From NCBI GenBank assembly GCA_963829085.1, contig CAWHHJ010000012.1:267845-331844 (forward strand): 64,000 bases of DNA. Direction: 5' to 3'. How positions within the stretch are numbered: position 1 is the stretch's first letter; every line of letters starts with the position of its first letter. Below the pieces are notes generated by a model, which was given only the letters and a program-made list of their open reading frames with translations, was not told where the DNA came from and ran no database searches. Both the position numbers and the translations under genes were made by a program. Source of the DNA: an uncultured beta proteobacterium. Its GTDB lineage: Bacteria > Pseudomonadota > Gammaproteobacteria > Burkholderiales > SG8-41. This document shows, in pieces, positions 34,567 to 44,536 of the stretch.

Positions 34567-35318
34567 CCCGACGAATCGGCAGCGTCGGTGCCGCCGGCGG
34601 GTAAGCGCCGCCAGCGGCCTTCGATCAATCCATCCAGCGGTTGAAAATTTATTTTGTACGCCATCTTGCGGCTCTGGCCGATCCAGTAGCCGAGGTACAG
34701 AAAAGGTCGATCGTTCGTTACGCAGTTATCGATCTGCCACAGGATGTTAAAGGTTCCATAGCTCGCCGCTTTGACGTCCGGATCGAAAAATGTGTACACG
34801 GACGACAAGCCGTCCTGCAATTCGTCGAGTATGCTGACCATGCGCAGCATGCCGTCTTCGCGAAACTCGACAAGCCGCGAGTCGACATTACTCTGCAACA
34901 GAAAATGCCGATACTGCTCGCGGCTGTCCTGGTCCATGCCTCCGCCGGAGTGCCGCATCGACTGATACCGCAGGTACAAAGCGTAGTGCTCTGAGCTGTA
35001 CTTGAGCTCCAGGATACGCGCCTGCAGGGCGGCGTGCTTCTTCCAGATCCGGCGCTGTGTGCGGTTCGGTTTGAATTCATCCGCAACCACGCGCACTGGC
35101 ACGCACGCGCGGCAATGATCGCAGTAAGGACGGTACGTGAAAGCGCCGCTGCGTCGAAAACCAGCCTTGACGAGCTCGCCATAAACCGGCCCGTCTATCA
35201 GATGACTCGGTGTAGCTACCTGCGAACGTGCCATGCGATCCGGCAGGTAGCTGCACGGATACGGCGCCGTTGCATAAAACTGCAGCACCGACAGTGGAAA
35301 GTCGTTAAGTAAGGTCAC
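34563..35318 (-). CDS. bpt: arginyl-tRNA--protein transferase (bacterial Bpt / ATE family)
   Basis: 251 aa. [21 protein letters not shown]...[25 protein letters not shown]...YLGYWI. Confidence 0.9.
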   Translation of the reverse strand: MTLLNDFPLSVLQFYATAPYPCSYLPDRMARSQVATPSHLIDGPVYGELVKAGFRRSGAFTYRPYCDHCRACVPVRVVADEFKPNRTQRRIWKKHAALQARILELKYSSEHYALYLRYQSMRHSGGGMDQDSREQYRHFLLQSNVDSRLVEFREDGMLRMVSILDELQDGLSSVYTFFDPDVKAASYGTFNILWQIDNCVTNDRPFLYLGYWIGQSRKMAYKINFQPLDGLIEGRWRRLPAGGTDAADSSG

Positions 35319-36000
35319 CGTCTAGCTTCCAGGGTCCGCGTACATCCGGATAGTTTACCAACTCCCGCAACGTTCGCACAAAGTCCGGCCTGCGCATTTC
35401 GCGCGCTCCAAGCGAGGCGAGATGCGGCGTGTACATCTGACAGTCGATCATGCCGAAATGCCATCTTGTAAGCTGGCGCACGAGATGAACGAGCGCGATT
35501 TTGGAAGCGTCCGCAACCCGAGTAAACATCGACTCGCCGTAGAACACGCGCCCGATTGCGACGCCGTAGAGACCGCCCGCGAGCTCGCCGTCTATCCATG
35601 TCTCTATGGTGTGCGCCAACCCGCGATCGTGCAGCATGCAATAAGCATCGAGCATTTCGTCTGTGATCCAGGTACCGCTTTGATTCAGACGCGGTGCCGC
35701 GCATGCCTCAATCACGTCACGAAAGTGCGTGTCGGCGCGAACCTCGTAGTCTCGGTTGCGCAACGCCTTGGCGAGCGACCGCGAAACTTTGAGCTCGTCC
35801 GGTATCAACACCATGCGCGGGTCAGGGCTCCACCACAGAATGGGCTGACCGGGATTGAACCACGGAAAGATTCCGCCCTTGTACGCTTCGATCAGCCGTG
35901 CTGCGGATAAATCGCCGCCCGCGGCGAGCAAACCGTTCGGTTCTGCAAGCGCGCGACTGGCAGGTGGAAATGATTCGTTGTCCCGCAACCACTTGATCAT
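35305..36000 (-). CDS. aat: leucyl/phenylalanyl-tRNA--protein transferase
   Basis: 231 aa. [28 protein letters not shown]...[10 protein letters not shown]...[18 protein letters not shown]. It overlaps the bpt start by 14 nt (the N-end-rule pair). Confidence 0.9.
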   Translation of the reverse strand: MIKWLRDNESFPPASRALAEPNGLLAAGGDLSAARLIEAYKGGIFPWFNPGQPILWWSPDPRMVLIPDELKVSRSLAKALRNRDYEVRADTHFRDVIEACAAPRLNQSGTWITDEMLDAYCMLHDRGLAHTIETWIDGELAGGLYGVAIGRVFYGESMFTRVADASKIALVHLVRQLTRWHFGMIDCQMYTPHLASLGAREMRRPDFVRTLRELVNYPDVRGPWKLDGDLT

Positions 36001-36178
36001 CGCTTCATTTTACGGACGTCGCTCGCCGCATCGTAATTTGATTTCGATCAAGCTTGCGAAAAGGGGCCGTGTGCATGCCGGGCGTGCTTACACCGAGATC
36101 TTGTCGTGCATTAAAAATTTCATCGAGATCGAGCGTGTGTATCGCATGCAGCTCGGTCGGCAGCCGCGCGACGTCGGG

Positions 36179-37129
36179 TTATTCGGGCTTGATTCCCGCC
36201 GCTTTCACGACTTTGCCCCATCTCTCGAGCTCGCTTTTAAGGTGCGTCTCGAATTCCTGCGGGCTGCCAGCCGTAATGTCGAGCGCGAGATTGGCAAACC
36301 GGGTGCGTACGTCCGGCGCGTTCATCGCATCTATGACCGCTTTATGAAGTCTCCCTAGCGTTTGTTTTGGCAATCGCGCAGGCGCGAATATGCCGAACCA
36401 GTTGGTAACGATCATGCCGGTCACGGCGCTTTCATTGAACGTCGGTACTTCCGGCAACGCGGTGGAGCGTTTAGCACTGGTGATCGCAAGCGCGCGTAGC
36501 CGTCCGCTGCGAGCATGCGGTGCAGCGCCGGGAATGGTCGGGAAAGCGGCCTGCATTTGGCCGCCGATTACATCGGTGGTCGCCAGTGCGATGCTCTTGT
36601 ACGGGATGTGGACAATATCGACCCGCGCGGCGAGCTTGAATAGCTCTCCGGTCAGATGCGTAATGGAACCGCTGCCGCCTGAACCATAATTGAGCTTGCC
36701 GGGTTGCGCACGGGCCGCGGCGATGAAATCGCTGAGTGTCTGTGCCGGCAACGCGGGGTTGATAACCAACACTTGCGGCGCTGTCGCGAGCAATGAAATC
36801 GGCGTGAAATCCTTGATCGGATCGTATGGCACATGGCGCAAAACATGAACGTTGATGATGTGCGGCGAGTCGCCGATCAGCAACGTGTAACCGTCCGGCG
36901 ACGCCTTGGCGACAATCTCACGGCCCAGTGATCCAGATGCGCCGGGACGATTATCGATGACGAATTGCTGACCAAGCATCTCGCCAAGCTTTTGCGCAAC
37001 GATGCGCGCCACCGCATCTGAAGAGCCGCCGGGAGAATAGGGAACGATGACGCGCACCGGATGCGACGGGTAAGACGTGTCAGGAGCGGATGCGCCTGCT
37101 TGAGCGAGCGACTGTTGCGGCGCGAGCAC
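36179..37129 (-). CDS. Bug-family (TctC-like) tripartite tricarboxylate transporter substrate-binding protein
   Basis: 316 aa. YPSHPVRVIVPYSPGGSSDAVARIVAQKL...NRPGASGSLG...LNYGSGGSGSITHL...VHIPYKS. The signal-peptide-like segment (..AARVLSGVALCALSVLAPQQSLAQA) extends upstream of the called GTG with no canonical in-frame start, so the N-terminus is uncertain. Confidence 0.85.
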   Translation of the reverse strand: MLAPQQSLAQAGASAPDTSYPSHPVRVIVPYSPGGSSDAVARIVAQKLGEMLGQQFVIDNRPGASGSLGREIVAKASPDGYTLLIGDSPHIINVHVLRHVPYDPIKDFTPISLLATAPQVLVINPALPAQTLSDFIAAARAQPGKLNYGSGGSGSITHLTGELFKLAARVDIVHIPYKSIALATTDVIGGQMQAAFPTIPGAAPHARSGRLRALAITSAKRSTALPEVPTFNESAVTGMIVTNWFGIFAPARLPKQTLGRLHKAVIDAMNAPDVRTRFANLALDITAGSPQEFETHLKSELERWGKVVKAAGIKPE

Positions 37130-37227
37130 CGATAAAGCGCAGAGTGCGACGCCGCTTAGTACGCGCGCTGCCCAAGTGCCAGGTGCAATATCAGCGAGTG
37201 GCGAATCAAACCGCCTGCACAGCTTGC

Positions 37228-37270
37228 CTATCCAGACTATCCGCTATCCAGACTATCAAGGCTATCAAGG
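37228..37270. repeat. short direct-repeat array (CTATC x5; 14-mer x2, 9-mer x2)
   Basis: CTATCCAGACTATC occurs at 37228-41 and 37244-57. CTATCAAGG occurs at 37253-61 and 37262-70. The CTATC cores start at 37228, 37237, 37244, 37253 and 37262. Confidence 0.6.
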
Positions 37271-37606
37271 CTTGGCCGCAGGCAGTTCATCACCACTTTT
37301 CGTATATGCGGGAGGCGCGTAAAAGTTCAGCGTGCGCAGCAGTGCACGGCCGGTATTCTTGATCTCATGCTTCTCGCCATGCTCGATCAGCATGAGCGTG
37401 CCGGCACCGATCTTGTGCCGCTTGCCGTTTACGAGCGCAGTGCCGCTGCCGGAAACGACGTAGAGCCATTGATCGGCGCCGCGATGCCGGTTTTGCGGGC
37501 CGCCCTCCGCATCTCCGGGTGGAATGACCATCTCAGCCGCCTGAGACCGCGAGTTTCCGATCGCAACACGGAAACCTTTGCCGAATTTCAAGTGTTTCAG
37601 TTTCAT
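37265..37606 (-). CDS. cupin domain protein
   Basis: 113 aa single cupin barrel: GGPQNRHRGADQWLYVVSGSGTALVNGKRHKIGAGTLMLIEHGEKHEIKNTG. Confidence 0.8.
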   Translation of the reverse strand: MKLKHLKFGKGFRVAIGNSRSQAAEMVIPPGDAEGGPQNRHRGADQWLYVVSGSGTALVNGKRHKIGAGTLMLIEHGEKHEIKNTGRALLRTLNFYAPPAYTKSGDELPAAKP

Positions 37607-37672
37607 TGCGATTGCTCCTCTATAAGCACGGTCGGTTTAGGATCACGCTTTGACCGTTCAGTGCCTCGCTCA

Positions 37673-38639
37673 TCAGTCTAGCTTAGCGCCGGACTCTTTC
37701 ACCACCTTTGCCCATTTCGCGATCTCGTCGCGCACGTACTGAGCGAACTGCTCCGGGGATTTCGTAGATGGCTCGGCGCCCAGAGCCGCAAGCCGCTCCT
37801 TGAGCTCGGGTGCAGTCACGGCAGCGCTTATCTCAGTGTTCAGTCTGGCGACGATTTCACGCGGCAGCGCGGCGGGACCGAAGACGCCGTACCACGACGT
37901 AACATCGAATCCCGGCAATCCCGTTTCAGCGACCGTCGGTACCTGCGCAAGCAATGGCGAGCGCTTTGAGCCCGTTACCGCAATAGCACGCAGCCGTCCT
38001 GACTGCACATGCGGCATTGCAACCGGAAAGCCCATCGAGGCGAGCTGCAATTGGCCGGCGAGCAAATCACCGACGACCTGCCCAGCGCCCTTATACGGGA
38101 TGTGCACCATGCTGACACCGGCCATGGTCTTCAACAGTTCGAGCGCAAGATGGTTCGGTGAGCCGTTGCCGGCCGATCCGAAATTAAGTTGACCGGGTTT
38201 CGCCTTTGCGAGCGCGATCAGCTCCTTTACCGTTTTAGCGGGCAGCGACGGATGCAGTACAGATCATGCTCGGAAATGAAGCGACTTCGGCTACCGCTGA
38301 CAAATCCTTCGCCATGTCGTAGCCCAACTTTGCATACAGGCTCGCTGAAATTGCGTGCGGCACGCCGCCCATTAACAGCACGTAACCATCGGGCGCTGAC
38401 TTCGCAACCTGCTCCGCGCCGATGTTGCCGCCGGCGCCGACGCGATTGTCAATAATCACGGGCTGTCCGACGCGCTCTGTTAACCGCTGTCCGACGATTC
38501 GCGCGAGCACGTCAGTTGCTCCGCCCGGCGAAAACGGTGCGACCATGCGTATCGGTTTGTTCGGATACTCCTGGGCGATTGCTGCAAAAGCAAGAACCAC
38601 TGTGAATGACAATGAACTTATTATTGCGGACACGCGCAT
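37673..38639 (-). pseudogene. Bug-family (TctC-like) substrate-binding protein, frame break near 38260
   Basis: Start MRVSAIISSLSFTVVLAFAAIAQEYPNKPIRMVAPFSPGGATDVLARI... in ORF 38235..38993. It continues ...SFPSMI|VLHPSLPAKTVKELIALAKAKPGQLNFGSAGNGSPNHLALELLKTMAGVSMVHIPYKG into ORF 37673..38134. Confidence 0.85.
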
Positions 38640-38808
38640 CGATATCTCCATAGCGCTGCGACGCTGCGAGCTGTAGTTGCCCTCCGCAGATTGCAGCGCT
38701 CGTAATTGTGCCGCAATGCTGTAGCGATTGACACTGCCGTTTCCGTATAGGTGTTCAGGTACAATTCTCTGCAAATCACGCGAGCGTATCCTCATTGGAT
38801 TGGCTGAC

Positions 38809-39912
38809 ATGAAAATCAAAAGTATCGAACCGATCGCGGTGAGTCTGCTGCTTACCAAGCCCGTAAAAATGGCAGGCGTCGAGCTGACAATGGCGGACAA
38901 CCTGTTTGTCCGTATGGAATCCGACAAAGGCGTTATCGGATGGGGTGAGGCGGCTTCAGCGCCGATCATGACCGGCGAGACGATTGAAAGCATGGTCGCT
39001 GCCGTGCGCCATCTGGCTCCGTATGTTCAGGGCCGCGAAGCAGATGATTTCGCCGGCGCCACTGACATCATGAATCTCTGGATGTACGGCAACCAGGCGG
39101 CGAAGGCGGCAATCGAGATGGCAATGCACGATCTCGTCGGTCATGCGACCCGGCAGCCGGTACATGCGCTATTGGGTGGCAAACGCCGCGACCGCGTGTC
39201 GGTCCTGTGGATGATCAGCGGCGGCAATGTCGAAGCCGACACGAAGGAAGCAAAGGCGCTGCTCGATGCGGGTTATGTGGCATACAAGGTGAAAGTCGGT
39301 GTCAACGCTCCGGAAATCGACGCGGAACGTACGCGGCGCGTATGCGACGTTCTCGGCCCGGGATTCCTGATTTGTTCGGACGCGAATCAAGGCTGGACCG
39401 TGGCCGAAGGCGAACGTTATGTGCATGGTGTTGCCGACAGCTTGCTCGATTTTTTCGAGCAGCCGGTACGCCAGGATGACCTTGCAGGGATGGCGAAGAT
39501 TGCGGCGGCAACGCGTGTTCCGATTGCCGCAGACGAAGGGATACATTCCCTCGACCACATCCGGCGCCATCACGCTGCCAAGGCCGCGCGCGGCGTAAGC
39601 CTCAAAGCGATCAAGTTCGGCGGACTGCGCGGTGTGATGGCAGCGGGCGCCGTCTGCACTGAGCTTGGCATGGAAATAAATGTCGCGAACAAGACTGCCG
39701 AATCGAGCGTCGGTTCTGCTGCTGCCGTTCATCTCGCAGCGGCGCTCCAATCGAACAACTGGAGCTTGAATATGTCGAGCCCGTATCTGGCGGAGGACGT
39801 TACGATGCAACCGCTCGCGGTGAAACACGGCCACGTCGCAGTACCCGACGGTCCGGGCCTGGGCATTAACGTCGACGAGTCGCGGGTGCGGCGGTTTCAG
39901 CGAAAATTATAG
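38809..39912 (+). CDS. enolase-superfamily enzyme (mandelate racemase / muconate lactonizing enzyme family, MLE-like KxK subgroup)
   Basis: ATG 38809 (MKIKSIEPIAV). KxK at YKVKVG. The metal ligand context is SDANQGW, FEQP and IAADEG, with a second catalytic Lys region at SLKAIKFGG. Confidence 0.85.
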   Translation: MKIKSIEPIAVSLLLTKPVKMAGVELTMADNLFVRMESDKGVIGWGEAASAPIMTGETIESMVAAVRHLAPYVQGREADDFAGATDIMNLWMYGNQAAKAAIEMAMHDLVGHATRQPVHALLGGKRRDRVSVLWMISGGNVEADTKEAKALLDAGYVAYKVKVGVNAPEIDAERTRRVCDVLGPGFLICSDANQGWTVAEGERYVHGVADSLLDFFEQPVRQDDLAGMAKIAAATRVPIAADEGIHSLDHIRRHHAAKAARGVSLKAIKFGGLRGVMAAGAVCTELGMEINVANKTAESSVGSAAAVHLAAALQSNNWSLNMSSPYLAEDVTMQPLAVKHGHVAVPDGPGLGINVDESRVRRFQRKL

Positions 39913-40072
39913 AAGCATGCATTACTGCCGTTGACCCTTCGAATTCACGGTATAGACTCCCCTTACTCGTTTTACCGCGTTACCTGCACCGCGAATGCGC
40001 CCTTGGCGCATATGGCACGGTTCGGCGCTCGAAGCGAGGGCTTGTAAGATCACAACGCCGGAGGGGGTTGAT

Positions 40073-40660
40073 GTGATTCGCTGCCTGATCTGTGTTTTGC
40101 TGTTTTCCTTTGCTTCGCCCGCGTCGGCCGATCCCACGATATTGTTGCTTTTGTTGCGCATGGCGCGCGACAAGGCGATCTCGGCGTCGCTCGAGGCCGG
40201 CGTGAATTCGCTGCGGCCCGAGTCGACGATTCCTTCGCCAACGTATGGATTTGCGCTGCCGACTGCACCCGTCCCGCAAGGCAGCGAAGAGCAGCACGTT
40301 CGCCTGTTGCTGGATAACTATTTTCTCCATTTGACGGCGAACCAGCGCGATGCGGTGATGGCTGATATGCACAAGATCCTGACCGATCCGGCGCACGCAA
40401 AAGACAAGGCTCAGATCGTTGCTGAGTTCTCGCTCGCGGCGCGTGAAGTGCGCGACAGCTACGTCCGGCTCGATAAGCTTTCGTCGGGCGAAAAACGCAT
40501 GCTCGTTGGTCAGGCGAAAGAAGAGTTTCGCCGGTTGCCCGAAGTCGAGCGCCAGGAGATGATCGCCGTGCTGAAGCAGGGGACCTTGCCGTTGCCGCGT
40601 GATCTCACCGACAGTATGTTGGCCGAATTCAATAGCGTGCCGCCCCCGCAGCGCGAATAA
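40073..40660 (+). CDS. hypothetical exported protein
   Basis: GTG 40073 is preceded by GGAGGGGG. The signal peptide is (M)IRCLICVLLFSFASPASA|DP. The mature part is helical and rich in charged residues, and I recognise no family. The antisense track ORF 39980..40690 is Arg-rich and was rejected. Confidence 0.55.
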   Translation: MIRCLICVLLFSFASPASADPTILLLLLRMARDKAISASLEAGVNSLRPESTIPSPTYGFALPTAPVPQGSEEQHVRLLLDNYFLHLTANQRDAVMADMHKILTDPAHAKDKAQIVAEFSLAAREVRDSYVRLDKLSSGEKRMLVGQAKEEFRRLPEVERQEMIAVLKQGTLPLPRDLTDSMLAEFNSVPPPQRE

Positions 40661-40897
40661 CCGAATCCTGGGTGGTAACGGCCTCAGCACCGCTGCCGTT
40701 CATACAATCGGGCGAGGTCACTGGCGCCTTCGAACTCCGCGACCCTTTCGCAGCGTAGGGCGTCGATTCATTCACCAGCGCGCCTTAGAGAAGTTCAACC
40801 GCAGATCCTACGACGTCAAATTCGGAAAAAGTCGTCAAAGCAACCGGCGCCAAGGTAGACTAGCGGCTGCACGCCTCGAATACCGTATCAAATCGCC

Positions 40898-43202
40898 ATG
40901 ACTCATGATCACGCGGTAAACCGCCGCGAAGACTTGCGCCTGATCACCGGGCGCGGCCGATATACGGCTGACCGCGTGCTTCCGCGTCAGCTTTATGCAT
41001 GCTTCCTGCGATCGGATCGTGCGCATGCAGAAATCACTTCCATTGACGTCACTGCTGCACTGGCGAACCCAGGTGTGGTTGCGGTGTTGACGGGCGCAGA
41101 TGCAGTTGCCGCCGGATATACCCAGTTTCCGAATTTGATGTCATTCACCGGCCGCACGGGCGCTTCGATTCTCAAACCGGATCGTCCGGTGCTTGCTACT
41201 GACAAGGTCCGTTACGTCGGCGAGGCGATCGCGATGGTAGTCGCAGAGTCCGCGCAGGCTGCGCAGGATGCGCTGGACGCAATTGTGATCGAGTACCGCG
41301 ACCTGCCGGCCGTCGTCACGGCACATGACGCGCTCGATGCCGACGCCGGACAATTGCATGCAAATGTGCCGGGCAATCTCTGTTTTGAGTGGGAAACCGG
41401 TGATTCGGATGCGGTGCATCAGGCATTCGCCAAGGCCGCGCATGTCACACGCCTCAAGGTTTTGACGACGCGCGTCGCACCGAGCCCGATGGAGCCGCGC
41501 GCATGTATTGTCAGCTACGATGCCGCGAGCGACAGTTACGATATCTATACGCCGTCGCAAGGTATGGTGATGCTGCGCCGGCAGTTCGCCACGCTGACGG
41601 GCCTGCCTGAAAGTAAGCTGCGCATCCACACCCACGACGTTGGCGGCAGTTTCGGCCAGCGCAGCGCCGTCTATCCGGAGCACGGCGCGCAGATGATCGC
41701 GGCGAAAAAACTCGGTCGTCCGGTCAAATGGGTTTCGACCCGCGCTGAAGGATTCATGTCCGATGCGCATGGCCGGGGGCTCGAAATCGCCGGCGAAGTC
41801 GCGCTCGATTCCAACGGTAAGTTTCTCGCAGCCCGCTATGATTTCCTGTGCGACATGGGGGCGTATCTCACGCCGACGGGGTCCGTCAGTCATCTGCGAA
41901 ATCCTGCAACTCTGATGACCGGTGTTTACAAGATTCCGGCGCTCTACGGCAGCTTCAAAGTTGTGCTCACGAACACCGTACCGATCGCCGCATATCGTGG
42001 CGCAGGACGGCCCGATATCGCATATGCGGTCGAACGTCTCGTCGACCGCGCCGCCGACGAAATGAAAATCGAGCGTAGTGAAATAAGACGCCGAAATTTC
42101 ATTCCGCCGGACGCGTTTCCGTACCAAGACGCCGACGGTTGGCGTATACGAACCGTCGGACTTCGCCGGATGCCTCGATGAGGCGCTTAAAGTCGCGAAC
42201 TGGACAGGGTTCGAACGGCGGCGTGCGGAAGCGGCTACGCGGGGCAAACTGCGCGGCGTCGGGCTGTCGACCATCATCGAAGCAACGGGCGCCGGCGTCT
42301 TTCCCAAGGACCAGGTTGCGATCGAGTTCGACGCGGACGGAAAAATCGGTGTTTACACGGTGAGCATGTCATCGGGGCAAGGCCACGAGACGACATTTGC
42401 ATCCGTGGTCGCCGACACACTCGGCGTTCCGTTTACGTCGGTCACTCTGCACGAGTGTGATCCAGCGAAAGATCTAACCGGCAATCACACCGGCGGCTCG
42501 CGCTCGATGGCGGGCGCGGGAAGCGTCTGTAAGCTGGCGGCTGAAAAGGTCATCGAGCACGCCAGGCCGATCGCTGCCGAGGCGCTCGAGCTCGAGCCGT
42601 CGCAGGTCGATTACGCGGAAGGTGCGTTTCGTTCCCGTGACGGCGAGAAATCCATCAGCCTTGGGGAACTTGCACGGAGATTAGCAAACCGTCACCCGCA
42701 TCCCATGAATGTCGTGGCGGAGGCCACTGTCGGTTCGACCTGGCCCAACGGCTGTCATGTAGCCGAGGTGGAAATCGATCCCGAAACCGGCGTCACGCGC
42801 ATTGCAGGATATGTCGCCGTCGACGATTGCGGTGTTGTGATCAATCATCAGATTGTCGAAGGACAGGTGCATGGCGGCGTCACGCAGGGCGCCGGTCAGA
42901 TCTTCGGCGAGCAGGTGATATACGATCCCGCCAGCGGTCAGTTGTTGACGGGCAGCTTCAGCGATTACTATATGCCGCGCGCCGGTATCCTGCGCGATAT
43001 TCATGTCGGCGATCATCCGCTGCCGAGCAAGCTCAACGCCCTCGGCGCGAAAGGGGTCGGCGAGTCGGGCTGCACTGCGTCACTGCCGGCGCTTGCAAAT
43101 GCGATGAGTGACGCTTTAAGGCCGGCTGGTATTGGTCACATGGACATGCCGTTCACGCCGAGCAAGGTGTGGCATGCGTTGCAAACGGCTAAATCAAGAT
43201 AG
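40898..43202 (+). pseudogene. xanthine-dehydrogenase-family molybdopterin-binding large subunit (CoxL form-II-like), frame break near 42128
   Basis: ORF 40898..42181 joins the frame of ORF 42360..43202 as ...IPPDAFPYQ|TPTVGVYEPSDFAGCLDEALKVANWTGFERRRAEAATRGKLRGVGLSTIIEATG...SMSSGQGHETTFASV. The active-site loop reads AYRGAGR (41990-42010), not the AY(X)CSFR loop of true CO dehydrogenases. Confidence 0.9.
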
Positions 43203-43209
43203 GTGAACG

Positions 43210-44019
43210 ATGTTCGAATTTAATTACATCAAAGCGAATTCACTCAATGACGCGCTGAAAAGTGTGACTGAGCATCCGGAGGCTAAGCTCCTCGCCGGCG
43301 GCATGACGCTGATCCCGACGCTCAAGCAACGCCTGGCGCAACCTTCGCATCTGATTGACATCGGCGGATTGCAGGAACTCACGGGCATAGCGGTGACCGG
43401 GGGTGAACTCGTGGTCGGCGCAGCCGCCAAGCACTTCGATGTCGCTACCTCCGCGATAGTCACACAAGCAATCCCGGCGCTGGCCGCACTTGCGGACAAG
43501 ATTGGAGATCCGCAGGTGCGCAACCGCGGGACGCTCGGCGGCTCGGTCGCTAACAACGACCCTGCAGCCGATTATCCGGCCGCGGTGCTGGCACTCGATG
43601 CAGTCATCGTCACGAACCGGCGGGAGATTAAAGCCGCCGATTATTTTCAAGGCATGTTTGCAACCGCACTCGAGGACGGGGAAATCATTCTGCGCCTGCG
43701 TTTTGCGATCCCGCGCCGCGCGGCTTACGAGAAATTTGCGCATCCGGCCTCCGGTTATGCAATGGCGGGCGTCTTCGTCGCGGACATGAAAGACGGCGTA
43801 CGGGTTGCGGTAACCGGCGCCGCGTCAGGTGTCTTCCGGTGGACGGAGGCCGAACAGGCACTTGCACAGAAGATGAGCGGTGAAGCGCTCGATGGGCTTG
43901 TCGTCGACCTTACGAATATGAACGAAGATATCCACGCCACGCGCGAGTACCGTGCCAACCTGGCCAAGGTAATGGCAAAACGCGCGGTTCAGAAGCTCGT
44001 TTCGTCCACCCAACATTAA
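43210..44019 (+). CDS. xanthine-dehydrogenase-family FAD-binding subunit (CoxM-like)
   Basis: 269 aa. KLLAGGMTLIPTLKQRLAQPSHLIDI...RNRGTLGGSVANNDPAADYPA is the FAD_binding_5 / CO_deh_flav_C pattern. Confidence 0.9.
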   Translation: MFEFNYIKANSLNDALKSVTEHPEAKLLAGGMTLIPTLKQRLAQPSHLIDIGGLQELTGIAVTGGELVVGAAAKHFDVATSAIVTQAIPALAALADKIGDPQVRNRGTLGGSVANNDPAADYPAAVLALDAVIVTNRREIKAADYFQGMFATALEDGEIILRLRFAIPRRAAYEKFAHPASGYAMAGVFVADMKDGVRVAVTGAASGVFRWTEAEQALAQKMSGEALDGLVVDLTNMNEDIHATREYRANLAKVMAKRAVQKLVSSTQH

Positions 44020-44034
44020 ACTGATGCCACTTCC

Positions 44035-44508
44035 ATGACTCGAATCGAACTTACGGTAAACGGCACCAAACACGTGCAAGAGGTCGAAGACCGCGTACTG
44101 CTGGCGGATTTCCTGCGAGATCAGCTCGGTCTGACCGGAACGCATGTCGGCTGCGACACGAGCCAATGCGGATGCTGCACCGTGCATTTCAATGGCCGGG
44201 CGATCAAGTCCTGCACCTTGCTCGCTGTGCAGGCTAACGGCGCCGATATAGTTACCATTGAGGGCATGAGCAAGAATGGCGAGCTGCATCCTGTGCAGCA
44301 GGCTTTCACTGATTGCCATGCGCTGCAATGCGGGTTTTGCACGCCGGGCATGATCATGGCAATCAGTGCGATGCTCAAGGACAATCCCAATCCCTCGGAC
44401 GACGAGATCTATCACGGGCTCGACGGTAATCTCTGCCGCTGTACGGGCTACATCAATATCGTCAAGGCGGTGAAGCGCAGCGCCGAGGTGATGCAGACAC
44501 ACAAATAA
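44035..44508 (+). CDS. (2Fe-2S)-binding small subunit (CoxS-like)
   Basis: 157 aa with two clusters: GCDTSQCGCCTV and CHALQCGFCTPGMIM...NLCRCTGY. Confidence 0.95.
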   Translation: MTRIELTVNGTKHVQEVEDRVLLADFLRDQLGLTGTHVGCDTSQCGCCTVHFNGRAIKSCTLLAVQANGADIVTIEGMSKNGELHPVQQAFTDCHALQCGFCTPGMIMAISAMLKDNPNPSDDEIYHGLDGNLCRCTGYINIVKAVKRSAEVMQTHK

Positions 44509-44536
44509 CGAGCCCTTCGAGTTTCGAAAGCAAAGC

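Noticed and set aside
39980-40690. 236-aa minus-strand ORF fully overlapping the 40073..40660 plus-strand ORF, where neither has a known family.
   Set aside because: The plus-strand product has a strong Shine-Dalgarno, a signal peptide and balanced composition. The minus-strand product is very Arg-rich (RRRDRLVARHAQQKQQYRGIGRRGRSKGK) with no start context.
42139-42363. 74-aa track ORF between the two CoxL pieces.
   Set aside because: It lies in the third frame over a stretch that reads as conserved CoxL sequence (VGVYEPSDFAGCLDEALKVANWTGFERRR...) in the frame of 42360..43202. A single indel at about 42128 explains the locus.
40898-44508. Annotating the CoxL/M/S-like genes as aerobic carbon monoxide dehydrogenase.
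   Set aside because: The large subunit has AYRGAGR, not the AY(X)CSFR active-site loop of form-I CO dehydrogenase. The gene order is L-M-S rather than M-S-L, and no coxDEFG accessory genes are present.
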